A stretch of 64,000 nt of DNA, from the NCBI GenBank assembly GCA_013239625.1, contig MU053431.1, positions 124,001 through 188,000 on the forward strand, given 5' to 3'. The stretch is from Lama guanicoe (taxonomy: Eukaryota). The notes beneath the pieces were generated by a model that searched no databases, had not been told where the DNA came from, and saw only the letters and a program-made list of their open reading frames with translations. Positions 36,501 through 48,171 of the stretch are shown here, piece after piece. Within the stretch, counting starts at the first letter, position 1. Every line of letters starts with the position of its first letter. Both the position numbers and the translations under genes were made by a program.

Positions 36501-38999
36501 TGGGAAAAAAAGGAAATCAAGGCACGGGAGACAGGCGCTTTCAGTGCACTGTGTGGGGCCTGGGGGCAGGAGCTTCTGGAGAACAAGGGGTAGCGGTGGG
36601 TGTGGGTGCTCCTAGCCCAGCTCTCCAAGGACGGCCGCAGCAGGAGGAATTCTCCAAGTGTCCGACCTGCAGAAGAAGGGGGTCGGGAGTTGCTGTCTTT
36701 GGGTGGTCACCAGGGAGGGCACAGCTGTGGGGCGCTCCACCTCAGCTTCAGTGAGGAGCGGGTCGGGGAGCTGGCGTGTGGCTGTGCCACTGTCCCTCAT
36801 GTCCCTCATTGTCTGAGGCGTCACCCCGGCCGCCTGCAGTCCGGTGGCGTGCCCTCCAGCAGAGACACCTTCAGGGAGCCCTGTCCGGGCCCTGCCTCCC
36901 TGCCTGCCTGTTGTTTCTTACCTCCGTCTAATTACGCTCAGCGGTGGCACAAGACAATAAAAACCCCATCTGGCTCTCACATCACAAAAGACTGTACATG
37001 CCTTGAAAATTCGTTTGTGCCGAGCTGAGCACATGTTTCTAAATCACAGGTGCCAGCAGAGTCAAGGTGACATGGCAGGACCAGAAAAAACCAGCCACCG
37101 GAACCACGGCGCGGAGGGGTCGTATTTCACCCTCAGTGGTGGCTCGTTCAGGTGATGGGAGGGGATGAGGAAGCTGTGCAGACCTGCGTGTGCTGGACAC
37201 AGTGCGGGCATTTCACCCAGAATGTGTCACCGACCAGCGAATTGCACTTAAGTGCTATTTGATCTAATTGGGGATCCAGTGAAATAGACCAAGGCTAAAG
37301 GTCTAGGGGCCAGGGCCACAGCCCCAGGACACGGAGCGGTGACTCCTTCCTTCCTTAGCCTTAACTGCAGGATTCCAGGCGCCCAGTGTTCTGAGCACCC
37401 CGGCCCTGGAAACTTCTCACTCCCGTCTGTCTCATGTGTTCTCCCTTTGACTTCATCTCTGCCGCCTCTGCTTCCATGGTCCCCAGCCTGGGTCCCTGCC
37501 CCTGGCCCAGATTTTGATATTTAGTTAGACTCTGTATCCAGTGACTGGGCCTTGGTATCTGCCAGCTGGCTGGGGCCTGGAGTCCCCTGGGGTCCAGTCC
37601 TGTCCGTGCTGCTGGCGGGGCCTCCTGCTCCTCCATCCAGGAGGGGTGGACAGTCACCAACACAGTTCTCCAAAGGCCAATCTCGGGGCCTTTGCAGCAG
37701 CGCTGAGCTCTGGGTCCTTAGAGGTCAGACGCCACAGTGGAGGTGATGCATCTCCTCGCGGCTGGAACTGGCAGACAGCATCTTGTGCGGTACCCTGCCC
37801 CTCCGTCACCGTCACCTGTGAGTGTCAACGAAGGGCTCGTTCTGGTGACAAGGGTGGCTCCCAGTTCCATGCCCTGTGCAGAGTTCTAATTATGAATTCT
37901 GTCAATAATTCTAATAAAAACTTGTGATAATTAAATTAGCATCAGCCTGTAGGTTTTTAACGTGAAAGGAGAAACAATTTGCTGAAATAAGTCAATTTGG
38001 AAAAAAAAAAAAGAAGCTGCTAATAGTTGTTTATGAAGTAGCAGCTCATTTCCCATCCAGTGACATCCTGCTGCTTCATGCCGGGTGATAGGTCCGTCTG
38101 ACCACAGTAACTCTGATGGAAGCGTGGGCGCCGTCTCACCGTCAGGGTCTCCCCAGACCCGGGTCAGCGATGAAACACGGTCGTGTTGTGTGGACATCTC
38201 CTTTCCTGACCCAGGCTAATTGCAGCGCGAGTGCTGTTTGCCAGGGAAGTCCCGGCTTCCCCGCCTTTCTGCCCCCCTCTGTTTTATTCTTTATTGTTCT
38301 CACCTCTGCATGTGACCTTGGGGGTGGAGTGAGCTCTGCACGCCGGTCACTGCGCTCCTTCAGACCTCTCCCGTTGGCGTGACATTTCCTGCTCTGTCCT
38401 CAGGAGGGGTCAGGAGGGAAGGGACACCACCTGCTATGCATGTCACCCCCTTTCTGCTCGGCCCTCTTGCTGCAGTCTGCCTGTGGAAGGGATGGGGCCC
38501 CTCCCTGGGCTCCAGGGGGTCCCCGGCCTGGGTGTGGAGTCAGGACGGTGGCGGGGAGGCCTGGAAGGAGACAGAGAGGCTGAATAAGTTGAGGAAGCGG
38601 GATTGAAAGCGGGGTTGAGGAAGATCATTGCTCATCAGAAAATGAGAGAAGAAGAGAGGGAGGAGCAGATGAGGGAGGCAGGCACTAGTCTGAGGGGATC
38701 TGGGGACTGTCTGGGGTTGGAGGCTGAGCGGGAAAGGATACGTGAGGGAGGGTTGGAGGACAGCTGCAGGGGTCGGAGGAACCGAGAGGGAGTGGGTCTA
38801 GGGTGGAGCGTGCCTGCTTCCTCTCTGAGCAGTTCCACTAGAACATGGAAAGGCCCTACTTTTCCTTTGACTGCTCTGTGCGCCTGTGTGGGGGCAAGAT
38901 TCCTCCTGTGACCCCAGACAGGGACTCGGCCACAAGGACCCCCCCTTCTCTGGGTTATAGGTTGTAGGTTACAGGTTGTGGGTCACACGGCCCCTTTGC

Positions 39000-39125
39000 A
39001 TGGGACCTGGGTTTGATTTCTGTCTCTGCCCCTTGACAACTGGATGAGGGACCCTGAGCAAGTTGCTTAGCATCTCTAAGCCACACTTTCCTCAGCTGTA
39101 AAATGGGTACACTCACAGCACTCGG
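39000..39125 (+). mobile_element. MIR SINE
   Basis: gacctgggtttga...ctgagcaagttgcttagcatctctaagcc...tttcctcagctgtaaaatggg. Confidence 0.75.
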
Positions 39126-42074
39126 GGGGGCTCCTGTCTGACCGTGCTGACTGCATCTGAGTTCCTGGACTCTGAGCAAGAGTCTCATGAGCGGGAGGGA
39201 CGTGGATTTGGCCTACTTTGCTTGACCCCATGAAGAGCATGGGCACAGATGGGCTCTCCTGCCAAGAACCATAAATTCATCATCACATTTAATTCCTCAA
39301 CAACAGAGACACACTTTGTCTAAGGGCTACATAATGAAAAATGCATAAAGCAGGGAAAAGTCATCAACAAAATTTAACTTACAGCCCCATGACTAATTAT
39401 TTATTTAGGGTGTTGTGTGTTCTGGCTTGATCAAAGCTGACCATGTCTGAAAACAACCAGATTGTGTGGGAGGCACAGAGAGGGGCCTGCAGGCAGCCTG
39501 AGCCGGGCCAGTGGACGGAGGCCCGCATTTGTGAGCCCAGGGACAGTTGCAGCCCTTCCCGGACCTCACTGTCCCCATCTGTACCAGAGCAACTGAGATG
39601 CTTTGTGCAAAACATCCAGCACCACGCCTCGTGCTCGCTGCACCTTGGCTTCTGCCGCCATTCTTTCTGCATTTAGGAGTTCCAGTGCCGTTTCCTCTTC
39701 CTGACAAATAACCACATCTTATTTTTCCTTTGTCCTCTGAAGTGAGATAAATATTTTAATTGGCTGATACAGCATGTTCTGCATCTGACATCCTAATGAA
39801 CGGTGAACACGTTTCCATTTATTACTGTTCTTAAAAGAACCAGGGACTTTGTTTTGCAGAAGGATCGGTCTTTGCAACCAGTGGACCTGTCATTCGTCCC
39901 TGCAGCCATTAGTGGGCCTTCAGCTGCGTGAACGTGGACGTCTGCCAGAAGGCAGAGGGGCTTGTGTGTCCTTGAAGATTTGCATTAGAACCACAGGTTG
40001 CCGTGAGCATAAGCTCTTGCACCGAAACTAAGAGCAAAGGGCACACATGAGATCATTTCATTCAGTAAATCACTTGGGAGTGATTTTACAGAGAAAAAAC
40101 GGGGACAAGACAGTGACTTGGACCAGAGGCCCCAGAATCTGTGATGCAGACCTAATGCCTCTTCTGTCTGTTTTGAGATAAATAGCCTGAAAAGTGTAAG
40201 TATTGACTGAGCTTGATGCAATGATTATGAAAAGAAAATACAGCTCAAAAAGTAATAAGCAAAGAGAAAGCAGAGGTTTGGTGGTCAGTAGGTGTCTGGC
40301 TTTTCAACCTGCTGGTCCCAAAGCCCAGAGCTGGGCATGATCCCTGGATTTCTGCTGCCTCTTTGGTCCTGAAGAAGCATGAGGGGCCACCGTGGGTGTT
40401 GGTTTCCTCGTTAGAGTAACGAGAAGTCACGCAGCGTTGTAGGCAGAGGAGTGAGATGTTGAGGCTGGATTTTGGAATGTTCACTTTGCCTGCTGTGTGC
40501 AGAGGGGATCTCAACAGCACAAGAATGCCAGTGGGAAGGTTCCTGAGACGGGGAGATGGGAAGTGATGGGTTGGTGTGAGCCTTGACGGATGAAGCTTCT
40601 GACAGGGTCCCCTTCCGTTGGCTCCAGCACGAAGTTTTCCAGCTGGAGTGGAGACTTTTAACCAATTTCTTGCTTGAGCAGAAAGGAGACAGACTAGAAA
40701 CCTTCCACCAGCTCACCTCCTTCCACCGGGAAATCAAGCAGAAAGATGGAATCTTACCTTTGACACTCGCAGCCCACCTCCAGCAAAGTTTACAAAGTAG
40801 AGGTAATGGTTGGGCCTGAACCTGCATTTTCTAAAAATGGAAGTCTGAGAGGAACCTAAAAGGTCAAGTGGAACCGCATTTACTGTAAATGGCGGATGCG
40901 CCCGATATGGCGAAATCACTCTTTTGATGTCGGCTCTTTCTCTGAACTTTGAAAAGCCCTCCTCCTCGGCTGGCTTCTTTGAAGCCATCCTCCCTTTCTA
41001 CTGTCACCAGCACATCGTAGATTAAAGCCTTCTGCACCCGGCATTTTTAGCAGTGCTCCCTGCACAGGTGAGAAGAAAGTTGATGCCAAAAGCCCCATCA
41101 TTTCCGTGAGTAAGATGAGAAATGGATCGAATGAGCGGGCCCAGGGGAGAGGGGCCCCAGTAAAAAGGGTCTTCAGGGACATCCGTCGTGGGGAGGGCAC
41201 TGGGTTCAAAGGCAGAGCACAAGGGGTCCTGAGCCGACCTTCCAACGGCGTAACATTGTCAATTTCTTAAGCTCATTTGTCACACTTGTATGGATGCCAT
41301 AATTAGTTGTTTAATTATGATGTGTAAAACCAGAAATTAGTGAGGATGCAAACGATGAAATTTAATTATTTGGCCACCCTAAGGTGATGCACGCCTATCC
41401 TGACCTCATATGTTGGGGCTGGAACACAGTTTCCTGTGAAACCACTCTCAGTGGGCAGAATTCAAGATGTAGGGAGCCTTCATCACACATTTTGTGTGTG
41501 TGTTGTGAGGGGCTTGCCAGAGACAGGATGAGCATAGCTCATGACAGGGACCACAGCCAAACACTCAGGCCAGGCGCTGCTCCGAGGCGCCACTCCTCGT
41601 GCACACCTGGGATGTCAGCCCTGTCATTGGCTCCGTCACGCAGGTGAGGACCCAGAGGCTGAGGATGCCAAAGTGCTTGTCGAGAGTCGCACCTGTAGGA
41701 AGCAGTGGAGGTGCCCTGAATGCAGATCAGGATCACCCTCTGCACTCCTGCCTCTGCTCCCCAGTCTGTGTGGTGAAGAGATGGCCGTGGGTACCCGGTG
41801 TCGGGAGGTTAAAGGCCAAACCGCACAGATGCTCCCCTCTGCTCCGCACCCACCTCCAGAGATGAGCCACGTCACAGCTCTTAACTATTCTCCGTAAAGC
41901 ACTTGCGCATGGCATCTGCTTCACTGGAAACACAATTTAAGATTCTCATTCTTTTAAGATACTGCCGTGGACTGATTATGTCTCCCTCAAATTCGAATAT
42001 TAAAACTTAATATTCATAACAGGTTTGTAAGATGCTATTTCTTATCCACGTCCATGAAAATAGCCAAATAAAAT

Positions 42075-42510
42075 CATAATGGTTTCTTGTGGCCGAAGTA
42101 ACCACAAACACAATGACTTAAAACAGAAAAAACTTAGTACTTCACGATTCTGGAGACCAGAGGTCCAAAATCAAGGTGTCTGCAGGGCCAGGCTCCCTCC
42201 GCAGGCTCTCGTGGAGGATCCTTCCTGCCTCTTCCAGCTTCTGGTGGCTCAGGGATCCTTGGCTGCGGCACCACTCAGGTCTCTGCCTTTGTTTTCACGT
42301 CACCTCTCCTCTGTCTATGTCTCCTCTTCCATCTTTTATGGAACTTGTCACTGAACGTGAGCCCCATCTGGGTAATCCAGAGTGAGCTCATCCTGAGATC
42401 CTTAACATAACTATGTCTGCAAAGACCTTTTCCAAACGAGGTAACACCCATAGGTTCTGGGATGTGAATATATTTTTGGCGGCGGGGAGAGGCACACCAT
42501 TAAACCTGAA
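42075..42510 (-). mobile_element. MaLR LTR (MLT1C-like)
   Basis: ttctggagaccagaggtccaaaatcaaggtgtctgcagggcc...ttcctgcctcttccagcttctggtggc...taatccag...tctgcaaagaccttttccaaa. Confidence 0.85.
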
Positions 42511-43264
42511 TGAATAAATGAATGAATTCATTCCAAGTACTTAGAGCAACGCCTAGCACCAGGGAGAGGTCCAGGGATGTTAGCTGTTGCTGTAATGTTA
42601 TTAATTATTTTTTCTTTGGGGAAGGTTTGGGGGAACCTCTGGCCCTTTGGTCAAACTGAACTCATGGAAAAGGAGAGCAGGCATAAAGGGTTGAGGGGAG
42701 AGGGCTGGGTCCAGCAGCCCGCTTTCTTGCCTAGCCCAGCTGCCCTGCTGGCCGAGCGAGGTGGGGACTCCCAGCCTCGGCCCCATCGTCCTGGGGAGAG
42801 CTTGTCTCTGAGCATCTGCTCCTTCATTTCTTTATAGCAGATGTTTTGCGAGTTTAGCATGTTTTCCCCACTGAGAAGCTCGGCCCTCCTGCCCCTGGCC
42901 AGAGTGCTCCTGCAGCTCCTCATCTCGGAGCCGATGCGCAGCTGCCCTCGTGGGAGTCGCAGGTGGAGCCCAGGGAGATCGCAGCACCTAATAAACACGC
43001 CTCGTCATTGTCCACGGCCTCTCTCGGAGCTGCTCTGAGCTCAGTGTCAGAAGAAGCATTCATAAGGCTGTTTGAACCGATGGAAGCTTCCTCTCTTCCC
43101 AGTGGCTGAATTCACTGAACGGACTGTGGGTGGACAGTCCAGCTGCCAGAGGACCAGGAGGGAAGAGCTCAGCTCCTGACTTGCTGCTGGAACTCTGAGC
43201 GGACCTGGGTCCCGAGCCCCCATTCCCTGCCTTCTCACCCCAGTCTGCAGCCTGACTCATCCAT

Positions 43265-43625
43265 CCACGGTCGGCCCGCAGGAACTGATTCCCGTCCGCG
43301 TTCGCTCACCGGATAGCCATCGTGTGCGCACCTCGTGCTCAGTGCTGCCAGCAGGTTCGTACTGCGTCTAAGGCACCAGCAGCCTGGCCGGGAGTACCGA
43401 CTGGGCAGACGGCGGTCTCCCCTTCGTCTGCCTCCACTTGCCGGTTTCTGGGCGGATCAGAGTCTCTGTTCACCCTGGCGCGCGCTTTCCAGGCGGGAGG
43501 CTCGCCTCGTGGCTCCCCAGCACCCACCTGCTCCTCCAGCTGTGAGTCGTGCACTCACCCAGTCAGGTCTCGTGCGTCCCCGAGTCTGTGCCAGCCGTCC
43601 TGGCGAGGGTACTTACACCACGTAA
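43265..43625. promoter_or_regulatory. Small CpG-island-like patch
   Basis: About 33 CpG counted by eye in about 355 bp of GC-rich, non-repeat sequence. Confidence 0.5.
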
Positions 43626-45347
43626 TTAAATAATACAGAAAACGGTGACATCTGAGCCCAAACATGAAGAAGGCTGTTGTTTCTGTAAAAACAGTTGAAT
43701 TTTTGGAAAGACTCAGAAGAGACAAGGTACTAAATAAAATATTTTCCTCCCAATGTTGTTTCTGTGAGACAGCATGAGGGGATCGGAGGAAGAAAGTCCT
43801 AGTTCTGACTGCTGTCTGCACCCACTGCTGCTTCCGATTTGCTTTGCATCCTCACAGCAGGTTGTGAAAGCTGGAAATGGCACCATGGGTGGGTGGCTGC
43901 AGACCCCAAGTCCGAGGGCAAAGGGGGACTTGCCCTGAAAGGCTGGCAGATGTGTGATAGAACATACGTCTACACACCTTAGGTCAGCATGGCTGAGGTG
44001 CACGTCAGGCTAATGATTTTCTACCTTGTGTGACTTTTGGAGCTCACTGCTTGATCCCTGTTTTGTTGGAGAAGAGGGTGTCTGCTGAGTGGGTGCCACG
44101 ACAGAGGGACCACATGCCCTAGAGGAGCTCAGGGGCTCAGACAACTCTGAAGTCCAGGTCCTTTGTCCACGGACTGGAGGCGCCAGGAGCAGCATGTACC
44201 CGCGGGGCTTCGAGGACTGACTGAGACGATGGCGTGGAAGGGTCTCAGCTGCACCTGGCACGTCGCGCAGGGCACTCCGACTGCAGCAGTTCTTCAGAGG
44301 CGGCGGCCGTGTCCAGCAGGGTTTCTTTATTCCTCTAAGAAATCACACAAACACACACACACACACACACACCCCTCTCTCTCTGGTCCTTAGAGAATAG
44401 CTCCAAGGAAGACTCTTTTCAGTTTGCTTGCTTGCTTGTTTGTTTATTTATATTTTAAAAAATAATCCTGAAAACTCACTTCCTGAGAGGAAAAAAAAGT
44501 GTAGACAGAAGATGAGGTGTAAGCAGCAGTCAGCCTGCCTGTTGCCTCCGTAATGTCCCCAGTGTGGCGGTCAGCTGGCCTCTTGCCATGAAAACGCGTC
44601 ATCCTGCTAAGCCAGTGGCCATTGGACACAGGCACGCCAAGCGTCAGGGCGCGTTTTACTTGCAGACCTGTCCCACCCGGAGTCTAGTTAGGCGGCCATA
44701 TCTTTTAAAAGGTGAAATACAGCTTGTGTAGATTACTTAACTTTTTTTTTTCGCTCCTTCTATAATAAAAAAGAAACGTATAGCATTGAAATGAGCGATT
44801 TATGGGAGCACATAAAGGAACACATTTTCCCAGCAAGTCACTGAAATTTAATTTAGAGATGCAGAACCAGATGAAGGGATGTGTTTTAAGGTTGCTTGTT
44901 TTTCCTCTTTCGGATGACTTTGCCTTGCCTTTGTGAGAGCATGTGAGTTCGGGAAAGGAGCTACACTGTCCCCAGAACGGCCGGGGCCTCCCTCTGAGTG
45001 TAAGGGGGGTGGGGGTGGGGTCACAGTTCATTTGCAGAGAGGTTTAGATACTGGCCTGATATGGAGACAAGCCAGGAAGTCCACTCTGGCGTTGAAAGGT
45101 ATATGGCGGGGTGTATTCTTCTCTTCTTTTATTTCCAATGCTTGATGCCATTGGAAAGTCATTCAACAAACATGGTGTTTGCTAAGTGCAGTCATCCCTC
45201 AGGGGGTTGGTTCCAGGATCCTTGGAATGTCAAAATCCAAGGATGCTCAAGTCCCTTGTATTAAAAAGGTGTAATATTTGCATTTAACCTGTGTGCATCC
45301 TCCGTGTACTGTAGATCAACTCTTAGATTATTAGTAATACCTAACAC

Positions 45348-47626
45348 CATCACCCTGATACCAAAACTAGGCAAAGACACCACCAAAAAAGAGGATTATA
45401 GGCCAGTATCACTGATGAACATGGATGCAAAAATCCTCACCAAAATATTAGCAAATAGAATCCAACAGCACATAAGAAAGATTATACATCATGACCAAGT
45501 GGGGTTCATCCCAGGGACACAAGGGTGGTTCAACATATGCAAATCAATCAGTGTAATACATCACATCAACAAGAAAAAGGACAAAAACCACATGATCATC
45601 TCAATAGGCACAGAAAAAGCATTTGGTAAAATTCAACACCCATTTATGATAAAAACTCTCACCAAAGTGGGTATAGAGGGAACATATCTCAACATAATGA
45701 AAGCTATATATGACAAACCTACAGCCAGCATAGTACTCAACGGTGAAAAACTCAAAAGCTTCCCACTAAAATCTGGGACAAGACAAAGCTGCCCAATATC
45801 ACCACTCCTATTCAACATAATCTTAGAAGTCCTAGCCACAGCAATCAGGCAAGAGAGAGAAATAAAAGGGATCCAAATTGGAAAAGAAGAGGTAAAAGTG
45901 TCACTATATGCCAACAACATGTTACTATATATAGAAAACCCTTAAAGATCCACACAGAAAGTACTAGAGCTGATCGAAGAATTCAGCAAGGTAGCAGGTT
46001 ACAAGATTAACGTTCAAAAATCAGTTGCATTTCTTTACACTAATGATGAATCAACAGAAAAAGAAAGTAAAGAAACAATCCCCTTTAAAATAGCACCCAA
46101 AGTTATAAAATACCTAGGAATAAATCTAACCAAGGAGGTGAAAGAATTCTACACAGAAAACTATAAACCATTGATGAAGGAAATTAAAGAAGACTTTAAA
46201 AAATGGAAAGATATCCCATGCTCCTGGATTGGAAGAATCAATATTATTAAAATGGTCACACTGTCCAAGGCAATCTACAGATTTAATGCAATCCCTATCA
46301 AATTACCCAGGACATACTTCACAGAACTAGAACAAATCATAATAAAATTTATATGGAACCACGAAAGAACTAGAATTGCCAAAGCATTACTGAAGAAAAA
46401 GAGGCTGGAGGAATAACTCTCCCAGACTTCAGACAATACTATAGAGCTACAGTAATCAAGACAGCATGGTATTGGTGCAAAAACAGACGTATGGACCAAT
46501 GGAACAGAATAGAGAGCCCAGAAATGAACCCACAAACTTTTGGTCAACTAATCTTCGACAAAGGAGACAAGAATATACAATGGAATAAAGATAGTCTCTT
46601 CAGCAAATGGTATTGGGAAAACTGGACAGCAGCATGTAAAGCAATGAAGCTAGAACACTCCCTTACACTATACACAAAAATCAACTCAAAATGGATCAAA
46701 GACTTAAACATAAGACAAGATACAATAAACCTCCTAGAAGAAAATACAGGCAAAACATTATCTGACATACATCTCAAAAATGTTCTCCTAGGACAGTCTA
46801 CTCAAGCAATAGAAATAAAAGCAAGAATAAACAAATGGGACCTAATGAAAATTACAAGCTTCTGCACAGCAAAGGAAACCATAAGTAAAACAAAACGACA
46901 ACCTACACAATGGGAGAAAATTTTCGCAGATGAAACCGAAAAAGGCTTGATCTCCAGAATATATAAGCAGCTTATATGACTTAATAAGAAAAAACCAAAC
47001 AATCCAATCCAAAAATGGGCAGAAGACCTAAACAAGCAATTCTCCAAGAAAGAAATACAAATGATCAATAGGCACATGAAAAATGCTCAGTGTCACTAAT
47101 TATCAGAGAAATGCAAATCAAAACTACAGTGAGGTATCACCTCACACCAGCCAAAATGGCCACCATTCAAAAGTCCACAAATAACGAATGGTGGAGAGGC
47201 TGTGGAGAAAAGGGAACCCTCCTTCACTGCTGGTGGGAATGCAGTTTGGTGCAGCCACTGTGGAAAACCGTATGGAGATTCCTCAAAAGACTAGGAATAG
47301 ACTTACCATATGACCCAGGAATCCCGCTCCTGGGCTTATATCCAGAAGGAACCCTACTTCAAAATGACACCTGCACCCCAATGTTTATAGCAGCACTACT
47401 TACAATAGCCAAGACGTGGAAATGTCCATCAACAGGTGACTGGATAAAGAAGATGCGGTATATTTATACAATGGAGTACTATTCAGCCATAAAAACTGAC
47501 AACATAACGCCATTTGCAGCAACATGGATGTTCCTGGAGAGTGTCATTCTAAGTGAAATAAGCCAGAAAGAGAAAGAAAAATACCATATGAGATCGCTCA
47601 TATGTGAATCTAAAAAAAAAACATAA
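45348..47626 (+). pseudogene. Disabled L1 ORF2p (reverse transcriptase and C-terminal Cys-rich region; endonuclease missing)
   Basis: ITLIPK..KD...[49 protein letters not shown]. In-frame TAA at 45943-45945, frameshift near 46400, further stops or frameshifts at 46977-47090. Confidence 0.95.
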
Positions 47627-47914
47627 ATACAAAACGGAAACAGACTCATATACATAGAATACAAACTTGTGGTTGCCAAGGGGGTGGGGGATGGGAAGGG
47701 ACAGACTGGGATTTCAAAATGTAGAATAGATAAACAAGATTATACTGTGTAGCACAGGGAAATACATACAAGATCTTGTGGTAGCTCACAGTGAAAAAAA
47801 TGTGACAATGAATGTATGTATGTTCATGTATAACTGAAAAATTGTGCTCTACGCTGGAATTTGACACAACAGTGTAAAATGACTATAACTCAATAAAAAA
47901 AAGTTTTAAAAAAA
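45348..47914 (+). mobile_element. Lineage-specific 5'-truncated LINE-1 (about 2.57 kb) with 3' UTR, poly(A) tail and TSD
   Basis: Clear L1 ORF2 translation, AATAAA plus A-rich tail at 47892-47914, 15-bp TSD agtaatacctaacac (45333-45347) / agtaatagctaacac (47915-47929). Confidence 0.97.
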
Positions 47915-47982
47915 AGTAATAGCTAACACAGTGTAAGTGCTACGTGAATAGTTGTAAATACATGCTAAATGCCGTGTAAGCA

Positions 47983-48171
47983 CAGCTGGCCTCTGAACAA
48001 CACAGGTTGGAGCTGTGTGGGTCCGCTTATACACAGATTTCTTTTCAGTAAACACACAGTCAGCCCTTTGTATTTGGGGGTTTCCCATCTGCAGATTCAA
48101 CCTCAGCTGGAAATTTCTGATCCTCAGTCGAATCCATGGTTGCAAAACCTGAGGATGCTGAGGGGTGACTG
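47983..48171 (+). mobile_element. Tigger2/MER8-like MITE nested in the MER2-type element
   Basis: Begins cagctggcctctgaacaacacaggtt...gggtccgcttatac and ends gaggggtgactg followed by TA; host sequence continues on both sides. Confidence 0.7.

Noticed and set aside
45633..47077. Hydrophobic minus-strand ORFs that look like membrane proteins
   Set aside because: They are antisense translations of A-rich L1 ORF2, a well-known artefact.
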